NCBI RefSeq assembly: GCF_036321535.1
Contig: NC_087447.1
Span: forward strand, 50,718,001 to 50,782,000
Direction of reading: 5' to 3'
DNA length: 64,000 nucleotides
Source of the DNA: Camelus dromedarius
Taxonomy: Eukaryota
In this document: in pieces, positions 14,053 to 27,000 of the stretch
Position numbering within the stretch: position 1 is the stretch's first letter
How the letters are laid out: every line of letters begins with the position of its first letter
The notes under the pieces: generated by a model
The model's database searches: none
What the model was told of the DNA's origin: nothing
What the model saw: the letters and a program-made list of their open reading frames with translations, nothing else
Position numbers and translations under genes: made by a program

Positions 14053-14969
14053 TTTTTTTTTTTTTCATGAACAGTGGGGTTTATTTCAACAGTAAGTTTG
14101 AAACTCCTGCCTTTGGCAAGAGAACTACAGTAATTATATCAGAACAGACAATTTCCTACGCTGTCAAATATATAAAAGTTCCTTTTTCATTTTCCTCATC
14201 ACTGATAAACAAGCAGACTCAGTCCACATTTGCTTCCATCTGTCTACTGAGTTAACCCAAGCTTCTTCTTCAGAGATTCTGGCATCTCAGGTGGAGGAGG
14301 GCGAGGAACCCTGAAGTTGACCTTCACAGAGTCATAGATGAACCACTGTAGTGCAGTCAGAGTGCCAATCATGATGATACAGGCAAAGAGTTCCTTCCAC
14401 ACACCTCAAAATCCAAGTCTCTTGAGGACCTGAGAAGCACTGCTACCCTTCTCTTTATTCAACACAGACACCACAGAATCAGCAGGATGAGAAACAATGG
14501 CACAGAAGACTCCAGCTATGTAACCTGCCACAAATGTGACAACCAGCTGCTCTGGCTTTGAACATTCACTTCGGGGCTTGGGAACCACAAACTTGTACAA
14601 TGCTTCAACAGTACATTCAAAGCAGGCGAACTTCATCATGGTGTATGATATCTGTCTCATCCAGAGAGGAGCAACCCCCTTGTAGAATCTAGGAAATCAG
14701 AAGGCTTAGTTTACTCAGTTGCATATGTTCTGGCAGAGATTTTCATTATTAACTGAAGTGTCCGCACACCAGTCGAGTCCTGATAGTAAAAAATGGCAGC
14801 ACAATTGCATGTCATTTCTATCAGAACCTAAGACTAACATGCAGGTATATTTATCTCACACGCCAGTGACTCAAGCCCCTTTGACTTACACAACCAAAAA
14901 AGTTGCTAGATGTTTCTTTGACTGGAACTACAAGAAACCAGAAGTTTACAAGTAGAACTCAGTTTAAGA
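14053..14969 (-). pseudogene. SLC25A3: Semi-processed retrocopy of the mitochondrial phosphate carrier SLC25A3 (retained intron part + spliced 3' exons + 3' UTR + poly(A))
   Basis: Minus strand 14688-14244 translates FYKGVAPLWMRQI...KKKLGLTQ* with a premature TGA at 14408-14406. AATAAA at 14085-14080, poly(A) at 14065-14051, and 15-bp TSD TTTAGCATGACTCTT at 14038-14052 and 14970-14984. Confidence 0.95.
14756..14969 (-). ncRNA. SNORA53: 5'-truncated copy of box H/ACA snoRNA SNORA53 (ACA53) within the retrocopy; probably non-functional
   Basis: The reverse complement (TCTTAAACTGAGTTCTACTTGTAAACTTC...CAGGACTCGACTGGTGTGCGGACACTT) closely matches SNORA53 as I recall it, a snoRNA hosted in an SLC25A3 intron. 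Candidate H box AGATAA at 14856-14851; ACA box at 14761-14759. Confidence 0.85.
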
Positions 14970-15145
14970 TTTAGCATGACTCTTAATTATATAATTATAC
15001 ATTTTTTTAAAGTTCTTTCTTTAAAATGTAATGAAAGATAATAAATATTTACATTTAACTGGGAGAACTATTTTTGTAGGCAAAATATATTTCCTTTGCC
15101 AATGAATAATGATTTTACTAACTTCATTTTTCCTGTCTTATTCAG

Positions 15146-15204
15146 GTCATGTATGGAATGTTGGTCTTCACATTAGTACTTCGATCTATTTATATTGTTA
15201 CATG
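15146..15204 (+). CDS. ACER3: ACER3 internal coding exon (59 nt; VMYGMLVFTLVLRSIYIVT-W)
   Basis: ttattcag|GTC...ACATG|gtaagt. Starts in phase 0 and ends in phase 2; hydrophobic TM segment of ACER3. Confidence 0.96.
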
Positions 15205-17404
15205 GTAAGTAGTTTGGATCATCAGCACTATGGTTAGACTATACTCAGGTGGTAAATCTATAGCCTATATTGAAATAACACATAAAACCCAGCTCTAGCA
15301 GGGATACTGCTATAAAACTATAACCCAGCATTTATTATGGTGTATTACAAGGAATACTGATTCTTTAAGCAAGTTGCTAATAGGCATCATGTGAAAACAA
15401 GAGTTCCAAAATTAAAGGAATTTGAGGAAAGTTGTGTATGATGGCTTTCTTTTGAATATTTATAATGTACGTAAGTATATTAAAGGCCTTGAAAAATCTT
15501 ACAATAAAAAAGAAAATAATTGTTTTTATATTTCTCAAACTACTTGATTAAGGAACTCTTTTTACAGAATACCTGTCAAGGAAGGTGGTTAATATCCCAG
15601 AGAATCAATGTTCCTGAAAGATCATTTAAGAAATCTTTGTAGAGTTTATGAACATTAAAATAAGAAATATTCGTGTGAGTACCTTACATAGAGCCTGGCC
15701 ATATAGCAGGTGCTCAGTAAGTAAATAGTATGATTTATGGGTTTATTCCTTTTTTTCCTTTTTTAAATTAAATTTGTTGGTTTGAGGTAATTGTAGAAGC
15801 ACATGCATTTGTAAGAAATAATAGAGATCCCCTGTACCCTTTACCAAATTCCTCCAATGGTAATGTCTTGCAGAACTATAGTACAATATCACAAGCAGGA
15901 TTTGACTTTGCCAGAGTCAAGATACAGAACAGTCCCACCACCACAAGGATCCCTGTGTTGTCTTTATGTAGCCCCTCCCACCCCATCCACTCACCCCCTG
16001 TTCTTAACCCCTGGCAACCACTAATTTGCTCTTCATTTCTCTAATTTTTTCATTTCAAAAATGTTATATAAATGGAATCATATAGTGTATATAACCTTTG
16101 GGATTGGCCTTTTGCACTCAGCATAATACATTGGAGATTAATACAAGTTGCTGAGTGTAGCAATAGTTCATCCCATTCTATTGTGAGTAGTATTCCATGA
16201 TATGGATGTACCACCATTTAATCATTCACCTGCTGAATGACATCTAGATTATTTCCAGTTTTTTTACTATGACAAAAACTGCTATGAACTTTTGTTTACA
16301 GGTTTCATTTGAATAAAAATTTTCATCTCTCTGGAATAAATGTCCAGAGTGAAGTTGCTAGGTTGTAATGACAGTTATATGTTTAATTCTTTTCAAAACT
16401 GCTGAACTGTTTCCCAGAGTGGCTCTACCAGTTTACATTCCTACCAGCAATGTATGTGTGACCCAGTTTCTCTGCATCCTTGTCAATATTTGGTGTTGTC
16501 ACTATTTTTTATTTTTTATTTTAGCCATTCTTACAAGTGTGTACTGATCTCTCATTGTGGTTTTAATTCTCATTTCCCTGATTCTAATGATGTTGAACAT
16601 ATTTTCATGTAGCTGATTTGCCATCTATATCCTCTTTGGTGAAATGTCTGTTCATATTTGCCCATTTTCTGATGGGATTGTTTCTCTTTTTTTCCAGTTG
16701 AGTTTTGAAAAAATGGTGACAGCAGGTATCCTTGCCTTGTTCCCAGTCTTGGGGAAAAGTACTTAGTCTTTCAGCATCAAATACAATGTTATCTGTATGG
16801 CTTTTTTAGATGCTTTTTATCAAGTTGAGGAAGTTATTCTTTATTCCTAATTTTCTGAGAATATTTATCATGAATGGGTGTTGAATTGTGTCAGATGCTT
16901 TTTCCATATCACTTGATTTGATCATATGATTTTTTCTGTAATCTGTTTAGTTTGGTGGATTATATTGATTGATTTTCAAATATTGAACCAGCTGTGTATT
17001 CTGAATGAACCCTACTTAGTCATGGTGTAAAAATCTTTCTATATATTGCTGAATAATACTTGTTAATATTTTGTTAAGGATTTTTACATCTATGTTCATG
17101 AAAAATATTGGCTTATAGTCTTATTTTTTGTACTGTCTTCATCTGGTTTTGATATCAGGATAGTATTAGCTTCATAAAATGAATTGGGAAATGTTCCTTC
17201 TTCTATTTTCTGGAAGAAATTGTACGGAACTGGTGTTAATTCTTCTTTAAATGTTTGGTAAAATTCCCCAGAGAAACCATCTGGACTTCTTGGGGGGCCA
17301 GGATATGACTTATCTTGATATATGTTCCATATGTGTGTTTGAAAAGAATACATATTCTGCTGACATTGGGTAAATGTCTATTAGATGGTGTTGTTTGATA
17401 GTTG

Positions 17405-17735
17405 TGTCAGGGGTCCCCAAGACCACCCTTGGGTTCAAAGATTTGCTAGAAGAACTCACAAAACTTAAACTGTTACACTCGTGATTTATATTTATTACTC
17501 AGAGATCAAACTGACACAGCATGGCCTAGAGCCCTAAGCACATTTTTCTTTACGTTATTAGCATAAACATTATGGTGTGGCCCCAGGTGTTAGGTATAGA
17601 AAGGCACTCTTATACAGCAGGATATTCCCAGGACTTAAAGGTTATCTTCCAGGAACCAGTCAAGGGCCAATCCTTTTTCTGCGGTATGCAGTGTTTGCAC
17701 ACCCCACGCCCAGCTAAGTAGCCATTTGCTGCACA
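17405..17735. mobile_element. LTR (MER21-like) inserted in L1
   Basis: Starts TGTCAGGGGTCCCCAAGACCACCC and ends near ...gctgcaca; family name from recall. Confidence 0.6.
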
Positions 17736-18564
17736 ATGGTGTTGTTGAGTTTTTAATATCCTTGTTGACTTTCTGGCTAGTTGTTCCATCAGTTGTTGAG
17801 AGAGGGGTGTTGGAATCTCCAAATATATTTGTTTGTTTATCTATTTCTCAGTCATTCTATCAGTTTTTACTTTATTTTTTCATTCACACCATTTTACAGT
17901 TCTGTTGTTTGGTGCATAGACATTTAGAATTCCTATGTCTTCTTGATGGATTGACCCTTTTGTCATGATGTAATGTCCTTTTCTGTCTCTGGTCATTTTT
18001 TTTTTTTTTTGGCCTGAACTCTACTTCGTATCTTACTAATATAGCCATATTAATTTTACTTTCTTTGATTAACGTTTGCATGATATATCCTTTCCACCCT
18101 TTACTTTCAACCTGCCTATATTGTTATATTTGAATACAGTTTCTTTTTGGATATCATATAGTTGGCTCATGATTTTGAATCCACTTTTCCAGTCTCTTTT
18201 ATTTGATGTCTTTAGATCATTTACATTAATGTAATTTTTATATTAAGGATTAAGTCTACTGTTTTATTTTTTGTTTTCTGTTTGTTCTATATTTTCTTTC
18301 TCTGTTTTCTTTTTCCTGCCTCCCTGTGAATTACTTGAACACTTTTTAGAATTTCATTTGATAGTTGTGTCAGGGGTCCCCAAGACCACCCTTGGGTTCA
18401 AAGGTTTGCTAGAAGAACTCACAAAACTAGTGTTTGTGAGTCTCTTTGAATAGCTTTTTTAGTGATTGTTCTTGGTATTACACTATAACATCACAGACTG
18501 ATGGTGTTAACATTTTACCAGTTCTAGTGAAGTGCAGAACCCTTACCCCCCACCTTTACATACC

Positions 18565-19018
18565 AGTATTAGTTTCATAGGGCAGTTGCAACAAAGTACC
18601 ACAAGCTGGATGGCTTAAAACAACTCAAATGTATTGTTCTGGAGGCTGGAAGTCCAAAATCAAGGCATCAGTAGGACCATGCTTCCTCTGAAACCTGCAG
18701 GAGAATTCATCCTTACTTCTTTCTGGCTTCTGGTGGTTTGGTGGCAATCTTTGGCATTCCTTCACTCCTAACTTACATAATTCCAGTCTCTGCCTTTGTC
18801 ATGACATGATATTCTCCCTGTGTCTCTGTGTCTTCACATGGCTGTCTTATAAGGATATGAGTCATATTGAATTAGGAGCCCATCCTACTCCAGTATGACC
18901 TCATTTTAACTGGTTATATCTTTAATGACCCTGTTTCCAAATAAGGTTGCATTCTGAGATACTGGGGGTTGAGTCTTGAACGTATCTTTTTTGAGGGAAT
19001 ACAATTCAACCCGTAATA
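18565..19018 (-). mobile_element. MaLR solo LTR (MLT1 family)
   Basis: Typical ends tattagtttc...aaagtaccacaagctggatggcttaaaacaac and acaattcaacccgtaata. Confidence 0.85.
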
Positions 19019-21069
19019 GTCCCTTTTCCTGCCTCACTTAATATATAATTATCTTAATTATTTTCTCTTTGTATTTATAAACACATCAGACAGTATTATG
19101 ATTTTTGCCCCAACCATGAAACAAAATTTGGAAACTCAAGGAAAATGTATTATATTTAACCATATTTTCACTCGTTCCACTGCACTCTTCCTGACTAACA
19201 TCCCAAGATTCCTTCTTTCATTATTTCCTTTCTATTTAGAAAACTTCCTTAGCCATTCTTTTAGGGTAGATGTGTTGGCAACACAGCCTCTTAGTTTTCC
19301 TTCATCTGAGAATGTCTTGATTTCTGTTTCATTTCTGAAGAATATTTTCATGGATATAAAATTATTTTCTTTTCTTTCAAAACTTGAAAAATGCACCACT
19401 TCCTTCTGGCCTTCAAGTTTTCTGATAAGAAATCCTGTCACTTAAATTGTTTCTTTCCCCCATAGTATAGGTGAGGCATTGGTCCTCTCACTACTTTTAT
19501 TGTTTTCCCCCTTTCTATAATTTTCAGAAATTTGACTGTGTTGTGTCTTGATTTGAATTTCTTTGGGTTTAACCTTTTTGAGGTAGGATCTGCTTCTTGA
19601 ATCTGTGGTCTTACAGTGTTGTTTGTGGGGGTTTTTTGTTTTTTTGTTTTTTGGGGTTTTTTTGGTGTGTATATGCCAGATTTGAAAGTTCTCAGCCATT
19701 ATTTCATTAAGTACTTGTTTAGGCCTGCCCACTTTCTCTTCTCTTTCTGGGACACCAATAACACGCATGCTAGTTCTTTCTTATAGTCCCACAGGTCCCT
19801 GAGTGGCAACCTCATTACTGCTAGGTACTGATAGAAGTCCAGGTTCCTCCTCAACCTCTCCTGGCACACAAATAGGGGAAAGAGCTCCTCATTACTGCTG
19901 GGCTAGGGTAGGAATTTCCACTCTCTACTAGGCCTTCCTGATACCACCCTGGCTGGGACGGTCAGGAGTGCCTAATTATTTCTTACCATGTGGCCTCCAC
20001 TGACAGCTCAGTGGTGTGACCTTGTTACCTCTGGCCAGTGGTAGAAATTCTGACTCCCCAGTGGGTCTACTCTGACACCACTACAGTGAGAAGGGAGAAG
20101 AACACCTCATTACTGCCACATGAGGATGGAAGTCCAAGCTCCCTCCATGGTCTCCAATGACACTGCAGGAAATAGAGAGTTTGTTACTGCTGGTGGAGAA
20201 AGTCCCAGCCCCTCCCTGCTTGACATTACCCTGGCAGGAAGTTGGGGCACATTCTTAGGGTCTGATAAGGAATAAAGTCTAGGCTCCCCAGTCAGGCTTT
20301 AAAGATAGAGCGGGGAATGAGGCCACAGTTTTTTTTCTGTGGTGTTTGGCTGTAGAATAGTGGCTATTGTTTAAGTTTTCTACCTTGCTAGACTTCCTCT
20401 TTCCTGGTTCTTTGGAGAGAGAGCAGAGTTTTTGTTGGACTGTTTCTTTTTCTGTCTGTGCCTAGTGGCATTTCTGGGTTGCTAGCTTCTTCAGTTCTAA
20501 CTTAGGGGTATATGAGGTGAAAAGAAAACACATGGAACTTATGGTAGCATTACTCAGGTTCCAAAGACCCTAACCAGTCTGACTTCTTCTCTCCACCTTT
20601 CAGAGTCTTCTTATGTTTGTTTACACATAATGTTCAAGGTTTTTAATTGTACTTACTGGGAAAAAATAGGGAAACGTACATTTGTTTCATCTTCCTGGAA
20701 GCAGAAGTCTACAATTTATTCTGTTTTTAATCTAGGCACCTTACAGAAATGTAAAAAAGCGTAAATCACAGTCCTTGCCTTAAATTCAAGTCTGATAGAT
20801 AGGGTACCAGTACTTTTAGAAGTAAATGATAGACCTATAAAAAATGGAAATCGTATGAAATAAAAAATTCTTTCATCTACCTGTCACAGCATCTTTCTTT
20901 TATCTCCATTCTGTGATCATTTCATTTAGTACTGTTCATTGTTTACTTGTCTGTCTGCCCAACTGGGTTCTAAGTTTCTTAAAGTCTTAGTTGTCTTGAT
21001 AACCTCTGGAACTCAGAATAGTGCTTACTAGTAAAGATTTTTTAAATCAAATTGAAATGCTAAAACTTC

Positions 21070-24000
21070 TGTTTCTTTTAATATGTCTGACAAGATATCT
21101 GAAAATCTCTCCCATAACAAAACAACCAGAAATTCTGAGTAAAATACAACAAATGTTCTTTTAAATGCATAGCTGAGCTCAAAAGAAAATCCAAAGCATC
21201 AAATCCAAAGGAAGGAGGTGCAAACTAGACTGACAAACGAGTTCTAGGATCATCATTAATTTGAAGGCATTTGCAGGTACCAGGAAATCAGAAATTTAGG
21301 TTTGAATAGATTCAGGGTTTATGGAAGATAAAGTTTAGGGCATTTTTAAAATGAGCAGTTGAAACTGTTGTTCTATCAGCACACAAAAGTACACATGAAG
21401 CCAGGACCATCAAAGAGATACACTGTCAGTAAAAGGCTAGGGTAGGAAAAATAAAAAAAATTGCCTTCAATAACAGGAGATGACAAAGCAACTTGTCTTT
21501 CAGCCTCAGTTTTAGGTAGGAAAAATGACTTTCCTGAGAATTTGTAATCACTGGTCTGCCTTCAGAAGTTTGGGATTCAAATGTATATAACCTTCATTGT
21601 CTGGAAAACCTCAAAATATAAAGTTAACTCAAATTGATCCAACTTTTGTAGAGTACCAGTGTATCTAAGAGAAGCAAAAGCAAATTAATTCAAAGAAATG
21701 TCTCCTTAATGTAGGCTCCTCAGGATTTCCATAGATTGGAGCTCAAACATGTGCACAAAATCAGTAATTCCAAAACCAGAGGAGGAAATAAGCTACCGTA
21801 AGAAAAAGTCAGGAGAAACAAAACAGCAGATATAAGTGGTCCCCCCATCAGATGCTGAAACATAAAGTAACTGTTTTTTAAATACTTAATGAAAAAAAGA
21901 GAGTAAATGAAAATGTGACATAAGGAACAGGAGATAAAAAATAAAATTCCAGATTTGAAAAAGAATCAAAGAACATTTGGCATTTAAAAAAAATAATTGA
22001 AATAAAAAGTTTAATGGGTAAGTTAAAAGTAGATTAGACACAGTTGAAGAAAGAATTAATTTAATTAATTTAAAAAATTACATGGGAAAACAGGCTAAAG
22101 CAATAAGCCAGAAAGCATCACAGAGAAATAACATGTCTAATTGCAGGTCCAAAGAGAGAGAATAGCAGAAAGAATGGTGAAAGAATAGATCTTTGAAGAG
22201 ATAATAGTTGATAATTTTATAGAATTGATGAAAGACATGACTCCTCAGCTTCAAAAACAATTCGCAAGCACAATAAATTAAAGAAAATCTTCCTCGTGTG
22301 TGGCAGATGTGATAGATTTGCTCATTCAATATTGTTCCAACCTCCTTCAAGTGAGCCTTCCTGAAATGTAGTTGCTAAAAAGCTAAAAGTTGTATTTCCC
22401 GTATTTCCTTTGCAGGTAAGTTTTCAGATACATTCAGTTCTGCCAGTCACATGTATTCACATGAGTCTCGAATTCAGAACCAAGTGAGGAGGAGAAGTAG
22501 TAGTATGTAAGGCATCCATTTACTTATGTGGATCTGGGTATGCATCATGACTCTGGAACAAACAGCTGTGATGGCAGCTTCCTGAACTGTGAATTATAGC
22601 TAGGATATTATAGTGCTGTATGCAACAGTTGATCCAGAGGCTTCCCAATTCTCCAGCTTCCTAAATGTGAAAAAGAAAAAAATTCCTTTGGCAAGATAAT
22701 TCTGTGGTAGTATTCATAGGTCATTCCTGAAGACCCTTAATCTATTCATCAGTTCTTTTGGAACTGAAAGTATTAAATTATTTTCTGCTTTAAATAGAGG
22801 CATTATCTGCAGTTGAACCCTGATAGATAGCTCTAAATAAGAACATACTAAAATTGCTGAAATCTAAAGACAAAGGTCTTAAAAACATCCAGAGATAAAA
22901 GACATACAGCCACTAAAGGAGTAACAATTAGTCTAAAGCAGGCTTATAAATAGCAACGGTGAAAGCCAAAACAGACTAGAATATTATCTTCAAAGTGCTG
23001 GGAGCAGTTAACCATCAGCTTAGAATTATATACCCAAATATCTTTCAAGAACAAGGGTAAAATAAAGACATTTTGAGACGAACAAAAATGAAGAAAGTTT
23101 GTTAATACACCTCACTTAAAAAACCTTCTAAAAGATACTCTTTACGAAGAAGAGCTGAGATGCAAGAAAGAACAGTGAAGGCGAAAAAGCTGATAAATCT
23201 ATTGGACTAGCTGAACAAAATATTGTGACTTTAAAAATATCTAGTTTGAGAGATTAAAAAGAAAAGGAACTAAAATGGTGGGCAAGATAACATCAGATAC
23301 AAGAGAATAATCTTAGTTACATAGTTCCTTTTTTGGCGGGGGGAGAGGGTACATACAGTGATTACTTTTAGATTTTACATATGCATTTTTGGTAACCACT
23401 AAAAACAATAATTGATTTCACAATTTCAGTTACAAAAACATGAAGGAGTAAATGGGATTATAAAAACTGAATCCAAAAGAAATCAGAAGAAGGGGAAAGG
23501 GAGGCAGAGAAAAGTCAGGACAAATACAGAACAGAAAATAAAGGAGTAGAAATAATTCAAAATATATCAGTAATCACAGTAAATATAAATGGACAGAGCC
23601 AAGCAATTGAAAGAGAAAGACTGGCAAACAGAGAAATCTAGCTATTTCCTGGTCATAAGAAACATGGTTAAAATATAAATACACAGTAATTTTTAAAAGG
23701 ATATAAAAAGATCTATCTATATGATACAGGTATTGACTAAAAGAGGTCTGGGCTAGCCATTTTAATAACAGACAGAAAAATGTAAGGCATTATTTAAAAC
23801 AAATGTATTTGTTACCTTAGTATTAAAAGATTTAACTTACCACAAAAATTGCAATTCTAAACTTGTGTGGAAAATTTTAAACAAAAATTGACAGAATTAC
23901 AAAGAGAAACAGATAAATTCTCTATCATGATGAAATATTTTAAGACAGTAACCCAGACCAAAAAAATATGAATGAGGAGGAAGATAAAATTTGAATAACA

Positions 24001-27000
24001 TAATAAAAAATGATCTAATAGGCTCAACAGTTAAAGAATGCATGATCTCAATCATGCATGTAGTTATTAAATGTACCAACAGTAGCTTTAAAGCAAAGTT
24101 CAGCAAACTTTAAAGAATTCATATCATGCATTTCATGTTCTCTGACTATAGTACAGTTAGTTAAAACAGGATTAGTCAAAATAGCCTATATATTTGGAAA
24201 CTTAAAATCACACTTGTAAATATTAGTAAAAAAAAAATCATAATAGAAATACTGAAATATTTAGAATGGAATCATAATGAAAATACTACAGATCAGAAAA
24301 GGATGTAGCTAAAGTGGTTCTTAGAGGTAAATGTTAACATTAGAAATAGAGAAGCTGAATAAAAAAGAATGAAATTTTTCCATTTCCAGCAACATTGGTG
24401 GACTTGGAGGGCAATATGCTAAGTCAAATAAATCAGACGCAGACAGATACTGTATGATACCACTTATATGTGGAATTTTAAAAATACAACAGACTAGTGA
24501 ATATAAGAAAAAAGAAGCAGACTTACAGATACAGAGAATGAGCTAGTGGTTACCAGTGGGGGTGGGGGTGGTAGAGGGGTGGGGGAGTGGGAGGTGCAAG
24601 CTATTGGATGTAAGATAGGCTATGAGGATGTATTGTACAACACTGGGAATATAGCCAGTATTTTGTAATAACCGTAAATGGAGTGTAACGTTTAAAAATT
24701 ATATAAAAAATAAAAATTTTTAAAAAGAAATAGGCTAAAGAATAATGAACTAAGCATTCAACTTCAGTAACTATAAAACAGATCAATAGAATAAACCCAA
24801 AAGGAAATGAAGAATGACATTAATAAACGGCAGAAATTAATGAACAAAAACAGGGGTACAGTATTGAAGATGAACAGGTATCTAATTTTGCTCCCTTTTG
24901 AAACCCTACTAAGACTACAACAAAGGAACTTATTTATAAAGAATAAACTCAAGGAGAAGCCTCAATAAGATTTTAGAAGCTAGAAAGTAAATGGATTACT
25001 GCTAACTGCCTTTACTAACCCAAGAAAGCCGAATTCTAAGCCAAGAACCTCCAGTTTACATCAGAGAATTTTCTCAAGCACCAGGTATTAGCAGCAACAG
25101 ACATTTTGGAAAAGGAGATGGAGAAGGGATCTAACATAAAGAGGATTGGTTAAAAGCTTTAGATAACCATTAAATGCTTAGACCCCCTCACCCACTCCAT
25201 ACCACTGAGCAGTTGCTTGAGTCTGGAAGTTTATTCTCTGGGAAGGGTGAATAGTGTCTCTAGATTGTATTTTGCCAGGCACAAGTGAGTATGTGAGTAC
25301 TGTGCTGAAATCAGGGAAATTGGGTGACCTTATTTATGCTTTCTGAATTCTGAATGCAAAGATTTCTAGGAAGAATATTGAAAGGGTCTTCTTTTAGAGA
25401 TTATGAGCAGCCTAAAAGATCTGAAGATACTGTTATTGGTGGTTTCCAAACAATTGGCCCAGAAAAATAACCCTGTGTTGAGGGCTACTAGTCTAAAAGC
25501 CTCAGCTATATACTTAGAGCTTGTGGTCACCTTTTTTAGTTTCCTACTCTTAAGAATGGAGACAGTAGAAGACACATGACGAAATGCATCCAATACAAAA
25601 GAGGCCAAAACAAATAAGGAAAAAACAATATAATATATATAAATATATATTTATTAAATATATTATTAAACACAATATAATATGAAAGAGGTCAAAACAA
25701 ATAAGGAAAAACAAATGAGAAAATCAGCTTAGAGTAAGCAACTTATGCATGAATAAAAACTTCAAAACAATAAATGTCATTATTAATTCATTAATATTTC
25801 TAGAAACATACTGTATCTATTAAACATTAGTAAGACGCTATACAAAAAATTCAGAGAATCCCTCAAAAAATATATTAAAAATATGATAAAATGAAAAACT
25901 GAAGTGAAGGATTTGAAAGATACAGTTAAGCCACTGGAATTCTTCCTCCTGAACACACATTGTCATTGCCTATGGTCCATCACCACCCATTCACCAGCAA
26001 GCATCCACCACAGGAGAAGCATTAAGCCCATGGTATGGTCCAGAATAAACACGACAGTTCAGGGCCTCAGGACCCTTGGGCTCACTCACTGCCACTGCTA
26101 TGGACAAAAAGCAAGGTGTTTCTTCAAGCCCATGGGCCACATCCTGGGGACCATCAGAATGATGAGAAATAAATGGAAAATAGAAAAAGCTCAATAGAAT
26201 TATTACTGGGCCAGAATAGAAGGACCAATTAAAAAAAGAGATGAGGGGGAGGGATATGCAGAGAAAATGGTAGGGAGGACGTCATCACCAAAACAATTCA
26301 AGAAAGTATCCTATAATTGAAAAATATGACTTACTATATTGAAAGAATCCACTATTTAGCACAATGGGTGGAAATAGACCCATGCCAGTTCCAGAATTCT
26401 AGAGAAGGAGGATTCTACAAGTTTGTAGAGTTAGAAGGCAGATATACATGCAAAGGATCAGGAAATCAGAGTGGCTTTGGACTTAATCAAAGCAAAACTG
26501 GAAGCCAGAATTATAGAATTATAATCCAGCCAAAACTGTCACTAAAATATGGTGAAAAAATACATTTTCATACATTCAAGTTCTCAGAAAGACTTATATC
26601 CTATAAACTATTGCTGAGGAACATACTGAAGGATATGTTTGACCAAAATGAGAAACAAAACCAAAAGGAGTAAACCAAAAAGGAGGAAGGCATGGGATAC
26701 AAGACATAAGAAATCCAACAGAGAGAGATGAAGGCAGTTCCCAAGGTGAAGGGGAAGGGATTTCTCAGATAGTAGCTGTACACTAGACAGGCAGCCAGTC
26801 CAGAATGAAGTGGTGTGACTCCAGACAGATATGTTGAGGGCCTTCTGTATTATATACTCTTGGCCTGAAAATATATAGATAGTCTGTCCCCAGAGTCTAA
26901 GCTTGCATGGATCATATGCTGATGAAGTTCTTGCTCTCCTACGTGTCCCGCTACCTGGATAACCAAGGACATTCATTTCACCCACAGAAGAATTTTGCTT

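Larger units (their letters stand above)
15750..20710 (-). mobile_element. Long fragmented old L1M (3' UTR, ORF2, ORF1 and 5' region) with nested LTRs
   Basis: Minus-strand ORF remnants [17 protein letters not shown] (ORF2) and EIKTFSDEGKL / RVIGVPE (ORF1). Confidence 0.8.

Noticed and set aside
14406..14660. 84-aa SLC25A3-like ORF as a functional retrogene
   Set aside because: Lacks the N-terminal two thirds of the protein, has a premature TGA and several CpG-type substitutions.
14975..14980. CATGCT (minus strand) inside the TSD, resembling the recalled SNORA53 5' end
   Set aside because: It is part of the target site duplicated at both ends, so a 6-nt match is probably chance.
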